A stretch of 64,000 bases of DNA, taken from the NCBI GenBank assembly GCA_018818205.1, contig JAHISJ010000023.1, positions 95,103 to 159,102 of the forward strand. Direction: 5' to 3'. The notes below the pieces were generated by a model. It was not told the DNA's origin, did no database searches, and saw only the letters and a list, made by a program, of their open reading frames with translations. This DNA is from Patescibacteria group bacterium. GTDB taxonomy: Bacteria; Patescibacteriota; JABMPQ01; JAHIRA01. The stretch's first letter is position 1. Each line of letters starts with the position of its first letter. Shown here in pieces: positions 26,630 through 35,037 of the stretch. A program made the translations under genes and the position numbers.

Positions 26630-27622
26630 ATGAAAAAAATATTCACAATTATTCTATTTATGTTGATTCCATTTTATGCCCAGGCAAGTGTTAACAAACT
26701 GGGCGTACTTCAACTCGGTCATGCACTTGTGTGTAAAAGATTACAGCAAGAAATTTTACCAGTAGTTTTAAAGATCCTTCGTCAAAGAGATGTACAATTT
26801 GATATTATCGATATTGAACCACAAATATATTATGACAACTATCTTAAGGAAGCACGAAAAAGAAAGTTACCATATTTACTGTTATTGTCCTGCCAAAGTA
26901 CAGAGGTAAGTAAATTCAAATATCAGACTCTCTTTATACCAGTGCTCTTAAAAATTCTGGGGAAAAATTCTAAAAGCTTTAAGACAGATAGCTTAAAGCT
27001 ATATCATGTAAAGAAGTTCAAGGGGGTAAAAAACTACGTGATTAAGATAGTAAAAAGATATCTGTCATTAGTTTGGGAAAAACGAAAATTATCGTTTGTT
27101 CGTGGTTTTGTGCTCTGTGGGAACTTAATCACAACCGACTTTAATCTGGGACTTATCTTTATGGGGGTTTACGATTTAAGGTACAAAAGCAGACGCAGAC
27201 TTGCTTTTGGTATTACTGCAGGAATTGATTTTGCACAACGCTATAGAGTATCTCTTTCTGCTCTTGGTGGGTATCCCATCACTTCTGCCTCATTAAACCT
27301 GTTCTTTTCTTTAAGCGGGGCGTATGCGTTACTCTTTAAGCAGTGGAACGTTTTTTCACTTTGGATATCACCGATTGGATACGAAAATAGATTATTTTTC
27401 TTTTCAAAGAGTACCGATTTCAGAGGTCATGAGCACAGGTTTCCAGTGGGTATTGATCTTGAGCTTAACCTACTTCGTATTTTTGGAGTGAGAGCGTATG
27501 ACCTGAAACTTGTTCTAGGCGCGCGGTATTCATTAGGCTTTGCTGTTTCCAACACTAATACGCCTGCAACATTTTTGTGGAGAGATGTATCTTTTCACTC
27601 ACGATTGCTGTGGACATTTTAA
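26630..27622 (+). CDS. secreted protein of unknown function, paralog 1 (beta-rich C-terminal domain ending in aromatic residues)
   Basis: AGGAGGA RBS plus ATG at 26630. Signal peptide MKKIFTIILFMLIPFYAQA. The C-terminal ~170 aa are homologous to the 27723 ORF. Confidence 0.6.
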   Translation: MKKIFTIILFMLIPFYAQASVNKLGVLQLGHALVCKRLQQEILPVVLKILRQRDVQFDIIDIEPQIYYDNYLKEARKRKLPYLLLLSCQSTEVSKFKYQTLFIPVLLKILGKNSKSFKTDSLKLYHVKKFKGVKNYVIKIVKRYLSLVWEKRKLSFVRGFVLCGNLITTDFNLGLIFMGVYDLRYKSRRRLAFGITAGIDFAQRYRVSLSALGGYPITSASLNLFFSLSGAYALLFKQWNVFSLWISPIGYENRLFFFSKSTDFRGHEHRFPVGIDLELNLLRIFGVRAYDLKLVLGARYSLGFAVSNTNTPATFLWRDVSFHSRLLWTF

Positions 27623-27627
27623 TTCTA

Positions 27628-27662
27628 CGCCCCCTAGCCATTACGCATAGGTGGGCTTTTTT
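27628..27662 (+). terminator. strong intrinsic terminator (CGCCCCCTAGC...GCATAGGTGGGC plus T6), copy 1
   Basis: GC-rich ~11-bp stem followed by TTTTTT. A near-identical copy follows paralog 2. Confidence 0.75.
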
Positions 27663-27663
27663 C

Positions 27664-27692
27664 TTGACAGTATCTTACATTTATTGTATTAT
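27664..27692 (+). promoter_or_regulatory. sigma70-like promoter, TTGACA-N17-TATTAT
   Basis: TTGACA 27664-27669 and TATTAT 27687-27692, then AAGGAGGA and a GTG start at 27723. Confidence 0.55.
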
Positions 27693-27722
27693 TTTAGGCT
27701 ACCCTAAAACCAAGGAGGAACT

Positions 27723-28721
27723 GTGAAAAAATATCTGTGTTTTTTTTATTTCTTAACTCTATTTCCTTGCGCTGCTCAAGGCGCTGCTCAAGTAGATTTG
27801 TCAAAAAAACTTGCTGTGCTTAAAGTCGGAATGTCTGGGAAATGTGCCCAGATTCAACAAAATCAGTGGAAAAATGTGGTAAAAAAAATGATTATCAAAA
27901 AAGGGATCCCCTTTGAAGTACTTAAGACACCTCGTAATCGTAAAGAGTTTTTAGCATTGATCAAAGATGCTGAGAAAAAAAAGGCAAGATTGATTCTTCT
28001 TATGATGTGTGGTCCGGCTAGAATTCATCAGAAAAAAGTGTATAAGCATGCGATTTTTCTATTCTTTATTAAAAATGAAGATAAAAATGCATTTTCTATT
28101 TATGCCCAATCTAGGACCACAAAAACAATCAAAGACGTTAAAAAACGTTTAAGTGTAATTTTGGATCATGGAAAAAGGTTTTTAGAATCAAGATATGTTC
28201 CAAAAAGATTCTTCAAAAACGAATCAAGAGGAAAAAAGCTCGATACTGCCTTTAATCTTGGACTTTCTGCTATAAGTACATATGATTTTATGTATAAAAC
28301 CAAGGGAAGACTTGCCTTTGGTGTAGCAGGTGATATTGACTTTGTACGTCGATACAGATTGTCGCTTGCTGTGCACGGCGGATTTCCACTATCCTTACCT
28401 TCCCTTAATATATTCGTTTCAGTGAGTGGAGCGTACGCATTACTCCACAAAAAATGGAATGTGTTTTCCTTCTGGATTGTTCCAATTGGGTATGAGGCAA
28501 GGCTGCTATTTTCAGGAAGTAGCCTTAAAGGACATGAGCATAGAATTCCGCTGGGAATTGACTTAGAGCTTCATGTTTTGCGATTGTTTAAAGTTAATAA
28601 ACCTGATTTACGTTTTGCTGTTGGTGGACGATATTCGATTGGCTTTGCCTTTGGCAAGTCTAAAAGCAGGTTTTCCTATTCTGAAATTTTATTCAATGCC
28701 GGCTTAAAGCTGGCATTATAA
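27723..28721 (+). CDS. secreted protein of unknown function, paralog 2 (tandem duplicate of 26630..27622)
   Basis: GTG start after AAGGAGGA. Signal peptide MKKYLCFFYFLTLFPCAAQGAAQ. Shares LAFG..G.DF..RYR.SL...GG.P...SLN.F.S.SGAYALL.K.WNVFS.WI.PIGYE.RL.F......GHEHR.P.GIDLEL..LR.F with paralog 1. Confidence 0.6.
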   Translation: MKKYLCFFYFLTLFPCAAQGAAQVDLSKKLAVLKVGMSGKCAQIQQNQWKNVVKKMIIKKGIPFEVLKTPRNRKEFLALIKDAEKKKARLILLMMCGPARIHQKKVYKHAIFLFFIKNEDKNAFSIYAQSRTTKTIKDVKKRLSVILDHGKRFLESRYVPKRFFKNESRGKKLDTAFNLGLSAISTYDFMYKTKGRLAFGVAGDIDFVRRYRLSLAVHGGFPLSLPSLNIFVSVSGAYALLHKKWNVFSFWIVPIGYEARLLFSGSSLKGHEHRIPLGIDLELHVLRLFKVNKPDLRFAVGGRYSIGFAFGKSKSRFSYSEILFNAGLKLAL

Positions 28722-28726
28722 TCCTA

Positions 28727-28761
28727 CGCCCCCTAGCTGTTACGCTTAGGTGGGCTTTTTT
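28727..28761 (+). terminator. strong intrinsic terminator, copy 2 (CGCCCCCTAGC...GCTTAGGTGGGC plus T6)
   Basis: Same stem as 27628-27662 with small loop/bulge differences, followed by TTTTTT. Confidence 0.75.
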
Positions 28762-28833
28762 ATTACAAACTATCTTACTTCTCTTTTTACAATTTGATAT
28801 ACTAAAGTATCAGTTAATAATTAATACTCATGT

Positions 28834-29922
28834 ATGCTCGATGTAAAACAAGTAAAGAAATATTCTGACATTGTTTCAGAGAAAGAAGATATCGTATCAC
28901 TCTACTTAAATGCTGATCAAAGCGTAAGAACAACAGAGGAGATTCGGATAGAACTTAAAGATCTATTGCGCGTTGTAGAAGAACGAGGTCTTACAAAAGA
29001 TGCAAAAAAAATTGATGACTACCTCAAGCAAGATCTTATGCGAAGTATTAGGTCACTGATGTTTATTGCATCCGATGCTCAGGGGATTTTTGATGTATTA
29101 CGCCTTCCTGTTCCTGTAGTTGACCAGGTTTCTGTGTCAAATAAAGTTAATGTGACACCACTATGCAGAATGCTTGATGAATACGAGCGATACGCAGTGA
29201 TCATGATTGATAAAGAAAAGATGCGTCTCTTCACCGTCTATATGGGTGAAATAGAAGAGCATGATACAGATGCATTATCATACTTTCCAGGACATCACAA
29301 AAAAGGGGGCTGGTCTCAAGCACGGTTCCAGCGTCATATTGAAGACCATACCAATTCAATGATAAAAGATACAGTAAAAGCAATAACTCGGTATGAGAAG
29401 GATTACCCGTTTGACAGACTCATTATTGGTGGTAGCAAGGAAGTACTTCCTGAGTTTGAAAAAATGTTACCCAAAAATCTTCAAAGCAAAGTTGCAGGCA
29501 AGCTATCTCTAGAGATGTTTGTCTCAGACCATGACGTGCTAGAAGAATCAATGAGGATAGAAGAGCAAATAGAACGAGAGAAAGAAGAGGACCTCGTGAA
29601 GAGACTTGTGGATAATCTTGGAGAAGGAAACAAAGCGGTAAGAGGAATGGACAAAGTACTTCTTATGCTTGAGGAGGGTAAGGCAATGGAAATCGTTATT
29701 GATGAGGAGCTAGAAGAAACGGGTAAAAAGTGTACCAAGTGTGATCATTTAGCTCTTGATGAACTAAAATGTTCGTACTGTGGTGGTGACATGGAGATTC
29801 TTCCAGACCTTATCTCTGAGATAGTGAACAAAGCACTAAACAGTAATGTTGAGATTGAGTTTGTGCGTGGCAGTGATCTTCTTAAGGAAAACAAAAGCAT
29901 AGGTGCATTCCTAAGGTTTTAA
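28834..29922 (+). CDS. bacterial eRF1/aRF1-like release-factor homologue (baeRF1) with a variant GGQ loop (GGWSQ) and a C-terminal Cys4 zinc ribbon
   Basis: FPGHHKKGGWSQARFQRH...DRLIIGGSKEVLPEF aligns with aRF1 domain 2 (PGKHKAGGQSARRFERL...IIGGPGPTKEEF). An eRF1-domain-3-like segment follows (GMDKVLLMLEEGKAMEIVIDEEL) and carries CTKCDH...CSYCGG. Confidence 0.6.
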   Translation: MLDVKQVKKYSDIVSEKEDIVSLYLNADQSVRTTEEIRIELKDLLRVVEERGLTKDAKKIDDYLKQDLMRSIRSLMFIASDAQGIFDVLRLPVPVVDQVSVSNKVNVTPLCRMLDEYERYAVIMIDKEKMRLFTVYMGEIEEHDTDALSYFPGHHKKGGWSQARFQRHIEDHTNSMIKDTVKAITRYEKDYPFDRLIIGGSKEVLPEFEKMLPKNLQSKVAGKLSLEMFVSDHDVLEESMRIEEQIEREKEEDLVKRLVDNLGEGNKAVRGMDKVLLMLEEGKAMEIVIDEELEETGKKCTKCDHLALDELKCSYCGGDMEILPDLISEIVNKALNSNVEIEFVRGSDLLKENKSIGAFLRF

Positions 29923-29931
29923 CTAAAACGT

Positions 29932-30570
29932 ATGACATTTCCTGACCGCGTTGAGGCGGGAAAAAAGCTTGCAAGCGAGCTGCAACAAAAATATAGTAAT
30001 GTACCAAATGCCATTGTAGTTGCACTTCCCAGAGGAGGATTACCTCTAGGTTATGAGGTTGCAAAAGCAATGAATATCCCGCTTGATATTGTTGTTCCTA
30101 GGAAAATTGGTGCACCAGGGCACGATGAATATGCAATAGGCGCACTTACAGAAATAGGAGAACCAATCTTTAATGAGTCAGAAAAAGAGCGATTTAACCA
30201 AGATGCAATAGAGAAAATTGTTGCTGAGGAAAAGAAGGAAGCAAGACGGAGACTTGGTTTATACCGAGGGAAAAGCAAACCCCTGAACCTGAAAGATAAA
30301 ACAGTATTTTTAGTGGATGACGGCATAGCTACGGGGCTTACCATGCGTGCAGCGATTCTCTCATGCAAGGCCAAGGAAGCAAAGAAAATCATTGTTGCAG
30401 TACCTGTTGCCTCAAAAGAAGCCCTAGATACTATAGAAAAAGAAGTGGATGACGTAGTATGTCTATATGAGCCTCGCTTCTTCATGGCAGTTGGACAATT
30501 TTACGAAGTGTTTCCACAAACTAAAGACAGCGAAGTTATAGAAACTATGAAAAAGTATCATTCATTTTAG
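29932..30570 (+). CDS. type I phosphoribosyltransferase of the COG1926 'predicted PRTase' type
   Basis: VVALPRGGLPLGYEVAKAMNIPLDIVVPRKIGAPGHDEYAIGAL plus the PRPP-binding loop TVFLVDDGIATGLTMRAAI. Starts 10 nt after the baeRF1 gene. Confidence 0.75.
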   Translation: MTFPDRVEAGKKLASELQQKYSNVPNAIVVALPRGGLPLGYEVAKAMNIPLDIVVPRKIGAPGHDEYAIGALTEIGEPIFNESEKERFNQDAIEKIVAEEKKEARRRLGLYRGKSKPLNLKDKTVFLVDDGIATGLTMRAAILSCKAKEAKKIIVAVPVASKEALDTIEKEVDDVVCLYEPRFFMAVGQFYEVFPQTKDSEVIETMKKYHSF

Positions 30571-30580
30571 CCAAAATAAT

Positions 30581-31456
30581 ATGGATACAAAGGCACTCAG
30601 TGAGCTGCTTATTAGAAGAGAGCCAACTTCACACAAAAAATCTGTAGGTACGGTTCTTGTCATTGGGGGTTCTGCGTTTATGCCTGGAGCGCCTATCTTG
30701 GCGTGTCATGGCGCGTACCGTGCTGGAGCAGGCTTAGTAAAGCTTCTCTTCCCGGAAAGTGTATATGACATTAAGAATAGACTTATGCCAGAGGTTGTAT
30801 TAATGCCTGGCTTTGAGGAGGACAATCAATCTCTTTCTCCAGAAAATATAGAATTGTTGAGTGAGGAAATGGTTCAAGAGGTAGATACGGTGGTCATTGG
30901 CCCTGGCATGTCACGAAACAAAGAAACGATTGAGTTTATTTTACAGGCCATCAAAGTCATTGATAAACCACTTATTATTGATGCGGATGCGTTGTACGCA
31001 CTCTCTGGAAATGTAAACGTGCTTTCTGAAAGAACCGCACCAACCATTTTAACACCTCATGAGGGAGAGATGGGACGATTGCTAGAAATTGATTATCAAG
31101 AAGTTTCAAAGAAGAGAGAAGAAGTGACGTTGACAATGGCAAAAGAGTGGAACAGTTTTATTGTTCTTAAAGGCAATAAAACAGTAGTATGCAGTCCCGA
31201 TGGTCAGAAGTGTATTAACGAGACCGGTAGTCCTGCACTTGCAACTGCAGGAACGGGCGATGTTCTTTCTGGTATTCTTGCAGCGCTACTCGCTCAGTTT
31301 CCAAATCAGAAACTACATACTGTACTTTCTGCAGGAGTATTCATTCATGGCTTTGCAGGCGATTTAGCCGAGAGGGATCTCGGTGAGAGATCAGTTGTTG
31401 CAACAGATCTCATCAGGTATTTACCAAAAGTGTTTAAACAAGCCCAAAGTGTCTGA
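30581..31456 (+). CDS. nnrD: ADP-dependent NAD(P)H-hydrate dehydratase (YjeF C-terminal domain)
   Basis: VLVIGGSAFMPGAP..., GSPALATAGTGDVLSGILAALLAQ; carbohydrate-kinase fold. Confidence 0.75.
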   Translation: MDTKALSELLIRREPTSHKKSVGTVLVIGGSAFMPGAPILACHGAYRAGAGLVKLLFPESVYDIKNRLMPEVVLMPGFEEDNQSLSPENIELLSEEMVQEVDTVVIGPGMSRNKETIEFILQAIKVIDKPLIIDADALYALSGNVNVLSERTAPTILTPHEGEMGRLLEIDYQEVSKKREEVTLTMAKEWNSFIVLKGNKTVVCSPDGQKCINETGSPALATAGTGDVLSGILAALLAQFPNQKLHTVLSAGVFIHGFAGDLAERDLGERSVVATDLIRYLPKVFKQAQSV

Positions 31457-31748
31457 ATTTTCAGAAAAGATTCTCTCTTTGACCAAAAAAATACCTCGTG
31501 GTAAAATAACGACGTACAGCATTTTGGCAAAAAAGGCAGGCTATCCTGGAGCGTATAGAGCATGCGGGACAGCACTGAACAATAATAAAAAACCGATTCT
31601 TATTCCGTGTCATCGTGTTGTCTGTTCCAATGGGTGTGTAGGTGGCTATGCTTTTGGTGAAAAAAGAAAAATAGCTCTACTTGTGAAAGAGGGGATAACT
31701 ATTGATGATGAACATATACGAAATTTCAAACAAAAATTATGGACATAA
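31449..31748 (+). CDS. ogt: methylated-DNA-protein-cysteine methyltransferase (MGMT/Ogt DNA-binding domain)
   Basis: IPCHRVV active-site motif with the surrounding TTYSILAKKAG...ACGTAL helix-turn-helix. The likely start is the GTG at 31449, overlapping the nnrD stop; the start is uncertain. Confidence 0.65.
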   Translation: MSEFSEKILSLTKKIPRGKITTYSILAKKAGYPGAYRACGTALNNNKKPILIPCHRVVCSNGCVGGYAFGEKRKIALLVKEGITIDDEHIRNFKQKLWT

Positions 31749-32587
31749 TGACTAAGAATATGAAAAAAGTAACTGTATCCATAGTGCTTCTAAGCGTTTT
31801 TCTTTTAAGTGGTTGCTCTGTAACAAACTTTTTTAAAGGGCAGGTAGATAAGCTTGGCGGCGGTCCAGAAGTTACTGCAGTTGACCCTACAGATGGTGCA
31901 AACAATGTTGCATTAGATACCCAGGTTAGCGTTACGTTTAACAAGGAGATGGATGAGGGTACACTTAATGCGAAGGGTGTCTATATCTCGTATACTAATG
32001 AGGACTTGGTCGTCTATTTAAATCCATTTTTAAATAGTCAGTATGAGTACAATGCTGACGCAAAGAAATTGAGCATAACTCCATCTCAAGAATTTATTCC
32101 TGACCAAGAAGTAGCTCTTGTAGTAACTGAGTCGGTGAAGGACAGTGATAATAATTCACTGCCAATGAGTAGTAGTTCAGATTCACGTGAGCGATATAAA
32201 TCGACTTTTAGAACGACTAAAGTCCAAGGTGAGGCAAAAGCACAAGACGAGGAAGCGGCTGAAGATACCACCGAGGATCTGTCATTTAACGAGCAGTCCG
32301 CACGCAATGAGGCTGTAGACTTTATTGTCACTAAAAGTGAGACGTATAAGTTCGATGGTAAGGCAGAAACACTTGCTGTAAAATCGGTTACACCCGTTGG
32401 GTGTAAAGGGTGCTATGATGTTGTTATTGTCTTTATTTCAAGAAACGAGGGGTTTGGAGATAGAACAAGGAAGGAGATAATTGGAGGAGATACCCTACAT
32501 GAAACGTCTATCCGATTTGAAAATGGTGAGGTTACAGAAGCTACTATGGACAATGAGTGGGATGTGCTAGAGCAAAAGGAAATGTAG
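31739..32587 (+). CDS. lipoprotein with an Ig-like (Big/SbsA-type) domain
   Basis: Lipobox LLSGCSV; the PEVTAVDPTDGANNVALDTQVSVTFNKEMD segment resembles Big_5/SbsA Ig-like domains. Confidence 0.5.
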   Translation: MDIMTKNMKKVTVSIVLLSVFLLSGCSVTNFFKGQVDKLGGGPEVTAVDPTDGANNVALDTQVSVTFNKEMDEGTLNAKGVYISYTNEDLVVYLNPFLNSQYEYNADAKKLSITPSQEFIPDQEVALVVTESVKDSDNNSLPMSSSSDSRERYKSTFRTTKVQGEAKAQDEEAAEDTTEDLSFNEQSARNEAVDFIVTKSETYKFDGKAETLAVKSVTPVGCKGCYDVVIVFISRNEGFGDRTRKEIIGGDTLHETSIRFENGEVTEATMDNEWDVLEQKEM

Positions 32588-32600
32588 TTAGTATGATGTA

Positions 32601-34187
32601 ATGGCAAAAAAGGTAAAAACGCCAGGACGTAAGAACCAGTCAAAAATTACAAAAGGAGCCGCTATTCTAGCGGTTTCTTCTTTTTTTAGTTATGCCTTTG
32701 GACTACTTAGAGACAGATTGCTTGCAGGGAAGTTTGGTGCAGGTGAGTCTTTGGATGTGTATCAGGCCTCTTTTTTAATTCCTGATCTGGTTCTCAATAT
32801 CTTTTTGGCAGGCGCTCTCGCGTCTGCAATTGTTCCGGTATTAAGTGATTTGCTGCAAAGCAAAGAGAAAAAAGAGCTCAATGATACGGTGAGTTTTCTT
32901 ATAAATGCGGTGCTCATAATCATCAGTATTATTTCTCTGGTATGTTTTATACTCATGCCATGGCTCGTATTAATAACTGCTCCAGGGTTTGTGGGGGAAA
33001 AGAGAGAACTGCTCATTGCTACAAGCCGTATTATGCTTCTTTCTCCAGTTATTTTTGGACTGAGCAATCTTCTTGGTGGGGTGCTTATTTCTTATAAAAA
33101 ATTCGTAGCTTACTCGTTTTCACCCGTTTTGTATAATGCAGGGATAATTGTAGGTATTCTTTTCCTTGCAGACAGGTATGGCGTTATTGGTGTAGCATAT
33201 GGCACTGTTTTTGGTGCCTTGCTCCATTTGTCAATACGCCTTGTTTCTGTGATCCGCTCAAAAATGCGGTATCGTTTTATTACAAAACCAGTTCCAAAAC
33301 CTGCAGTGAGGTCTCTAAAACTCATGCTCCCTAGAATTTTAGGCCTTATTGCGTGGCAAGGAAATTTATGGGTATTTACATTTGTTGGGTCAACACTGCA
33401 GGAGGGGAGTGTTGGCATCTTTAATTTGGCACGCAATTTCCAAAGTTTACCGGTAAGTCTTATTGGCATTTCCCTTGCAACGGCAGTGTTTCCTTTTTTG
33501 TCATCAGATTTTGCAAAAAAAAGGGAAAAATCATTTATGTCTGATTTTATACATTCGTTCAAAAAAATAATATTTCTTACACTCCCTGCATCTTTTGCTC
33601 TAGCACTCCTTAGTACAAGTATTATTTCACTTTTCTTGGGAACAGGTAAATTTAGTGCAGAGGCTGTTGCCGTTACAGCGGGAGTTCTCGCAATTTTCTC
33701 ATTTGTTGTACCCTTTGAAAGTGTAAATCATCTTCTGAGCAGAACATATTATGCGCGGCACAATACCCTTGTTCCGGTTATCATTTCATTTGGTGCCATG
33801 GGGATAAATATTGCATTATGTTTTGCACTAACACGCTATATGGGTATTTATGGCCTTCCTCTCGCATTCTTAATTGCATCAATTGTGCAAACGTTCACGC
33901 TTGTTATTGTTTTAAACAAGGCATTTATCAGGTTGCATCTGAGTAAAATGCTTGGCTATACTCTGCGAGTACTCGTTCCTACAATAAGCATGGCAGGAGT
34001 TATTGCAGTAATCTTGAACTATTTTCCATTACGTGATACGCTGTTAAGTCGTTTTTTTCAATTATCCACTGCTTCCATTTTAGGATTTAGTATCTATTTG
34101 ATAATCGCGTATGTGCTTAAGATAGAAGAAGTACACTACGTTGTAGCGTATATAAAGAAATGGCAAAGAAAGTTCGTGTCACAATAG
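32601..34187 (+). CDS. murJ: lipid II flippase MurJ/MviN (copy 2, paralog of 10203..11783)
   Basis: LAVSSFFSYAFGLLRDRLLAGKFGAGESLDVYQASFLIPDLVLNIFLAGALASAIVPVL and a 528-aa polytopic profile; ~35% identical to copy 1 by eye. Confidence 0.8.
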   Translation: MAKKVKTPGRKNQSKITKGAAILAVSSFFSYAFGLLRDRLLAGKFGAGESLDVYQASFLIPDLVLNIFLAGALASAIVPVLSDLLQSKEKKELNDTVSFLINAVLIIISIISLVCFILMPWLVLITAPGFVGEKRELLIATSRIMLLSPVIFGLSNLLGGVLISYKKFVAYSFSPVLYNAGIIVGILFLADRYGVIGVAYGTVFGALLHLSIRLVSVIRSKMRYRFITKPVPKPAVRSLKLMLPRILGLIAWQGNLWVFTFVGSTLQEGSVGIFNLARNFQSLPVSLIGISLATAVFPFLSSDFAKKREKSFMSDFIHSFKKIIFLTLPASFALALLSTSIISLFLGTGKFSAEAVAVTAGVLAIFSFVVPFESVNHLLSRTYYARHNTLVPVIISFGAMGINIALCFALTRYMGIYGLPLAFLIASIVQTFTLVIVLNKAFIRLHLSKMLGYTLRVLVPTISMAGVIAVILNYFPLRDTLLSRFFQLSTASILGFSIYLIIAYVLKIEEVHYVVAYIKKWQRKFVSQ

Positions 34188-35026
34188 GATTTACGCTTGC
34201 CTGTCTTTTTATTGTTCTTGCAACTTTTTTCTTTAGAGCTCCACTGGCAAATCTTTACTTTGAATTAACACGTCCCAAAGAAGAAGTTCCTGACGCGATT
34301 TCGCAGGAAGAAATTCAAGCCTCGCTGGTAACGCATGCGCAAAGCGTTGAAGAAGAGATAGAAAGGGACAATTCTAATGACAGCAAAGACAACATTGCCC
34401 TTGCAAAAGAAAACATCTCAAACTTACACAAAAAATCAGAGCAGCAGAATTCTCAGTACCAATTACCAGAGAGCATGAATCTAGCTGTCCCTTTTACGTC
34501 ACAAGCACCACACGCAAATTGGGATCTGCCGTATCAAGAGGCATGTGAGGAGGCAGCAATGCTCATGTCAGCTCACTTTTTGTTAAATAAGGGTGGTTTT
34601 ACCAAGGACTCGGCTGACGCAGGTATTCTTGATTTAGTCCATTTTGAAGAAAAAAAAGGAATGGCAATAGACATGACCACAGAAGAAACGGCGAGAGTAT
34701 TTGAGGAACGTTTTGGTCTTAAAGCAGAAGTAAGATATGATTTTGATGAAACCGACATAAAAGAGGCGATTGCAAAAGGACATCCGGTTATTATGCCGTT
34801 TGCAGGAAGACAACTGGGAAATCCAAATTTCACACCACCGGGGCCGTTGTATCATATGCTTGTTATAAAGGGGTACACGCCAAATGTATTTATCACCAAT
34901 GATCCAGGGACTAGAAATGGGCGCGATTTTCAATACACCTACAAAAAAATTCTCGACACAAATCATGACTGGAATAATGGGGATGTGACAAGAGGTAAAA
35001 AAGTAATGATAGAAGTGTATAAATAG
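34160..35026 (+). CDS. membrane-anchored C39-like (Peptidase_C39_2) cysteine-peptidase-domain protein
   Basis: N-terminal TM helix; VPFTSQAPHANWDLPYQEACEEAAMLM (Cys region) ... GHPVIM...YHMLVIKGY (His region) fits C39-like domains. Confidence 0.5.
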   Translation: MAKKVRVTIGFTLACLFIVLATFFFRAPLANLYFELTRPKEEVPDAISQEEIQASLVTHAQSVEEEIERDNSNDSKDNIALAKENISNLHKKSEQQNSQYQLPESMNLAVPFTSQAPHANWDLPYQEACEEAAMLMSAHFLLNKGGFTKDSADAGILDLVHFEEKKGMAIDMTTEETARVFEERFGLKAEVRYDFDETDIKEAIAKGHPVIMPFAGRQLGNPNFTPPGPLYHMLVIKGYTPNVFITNDPGTRNGRDFQYTYKKILDTNHDWNNGDVTRGKKVMIEVYK

Positions 35027-35037
35027 AATAGTGCGTT

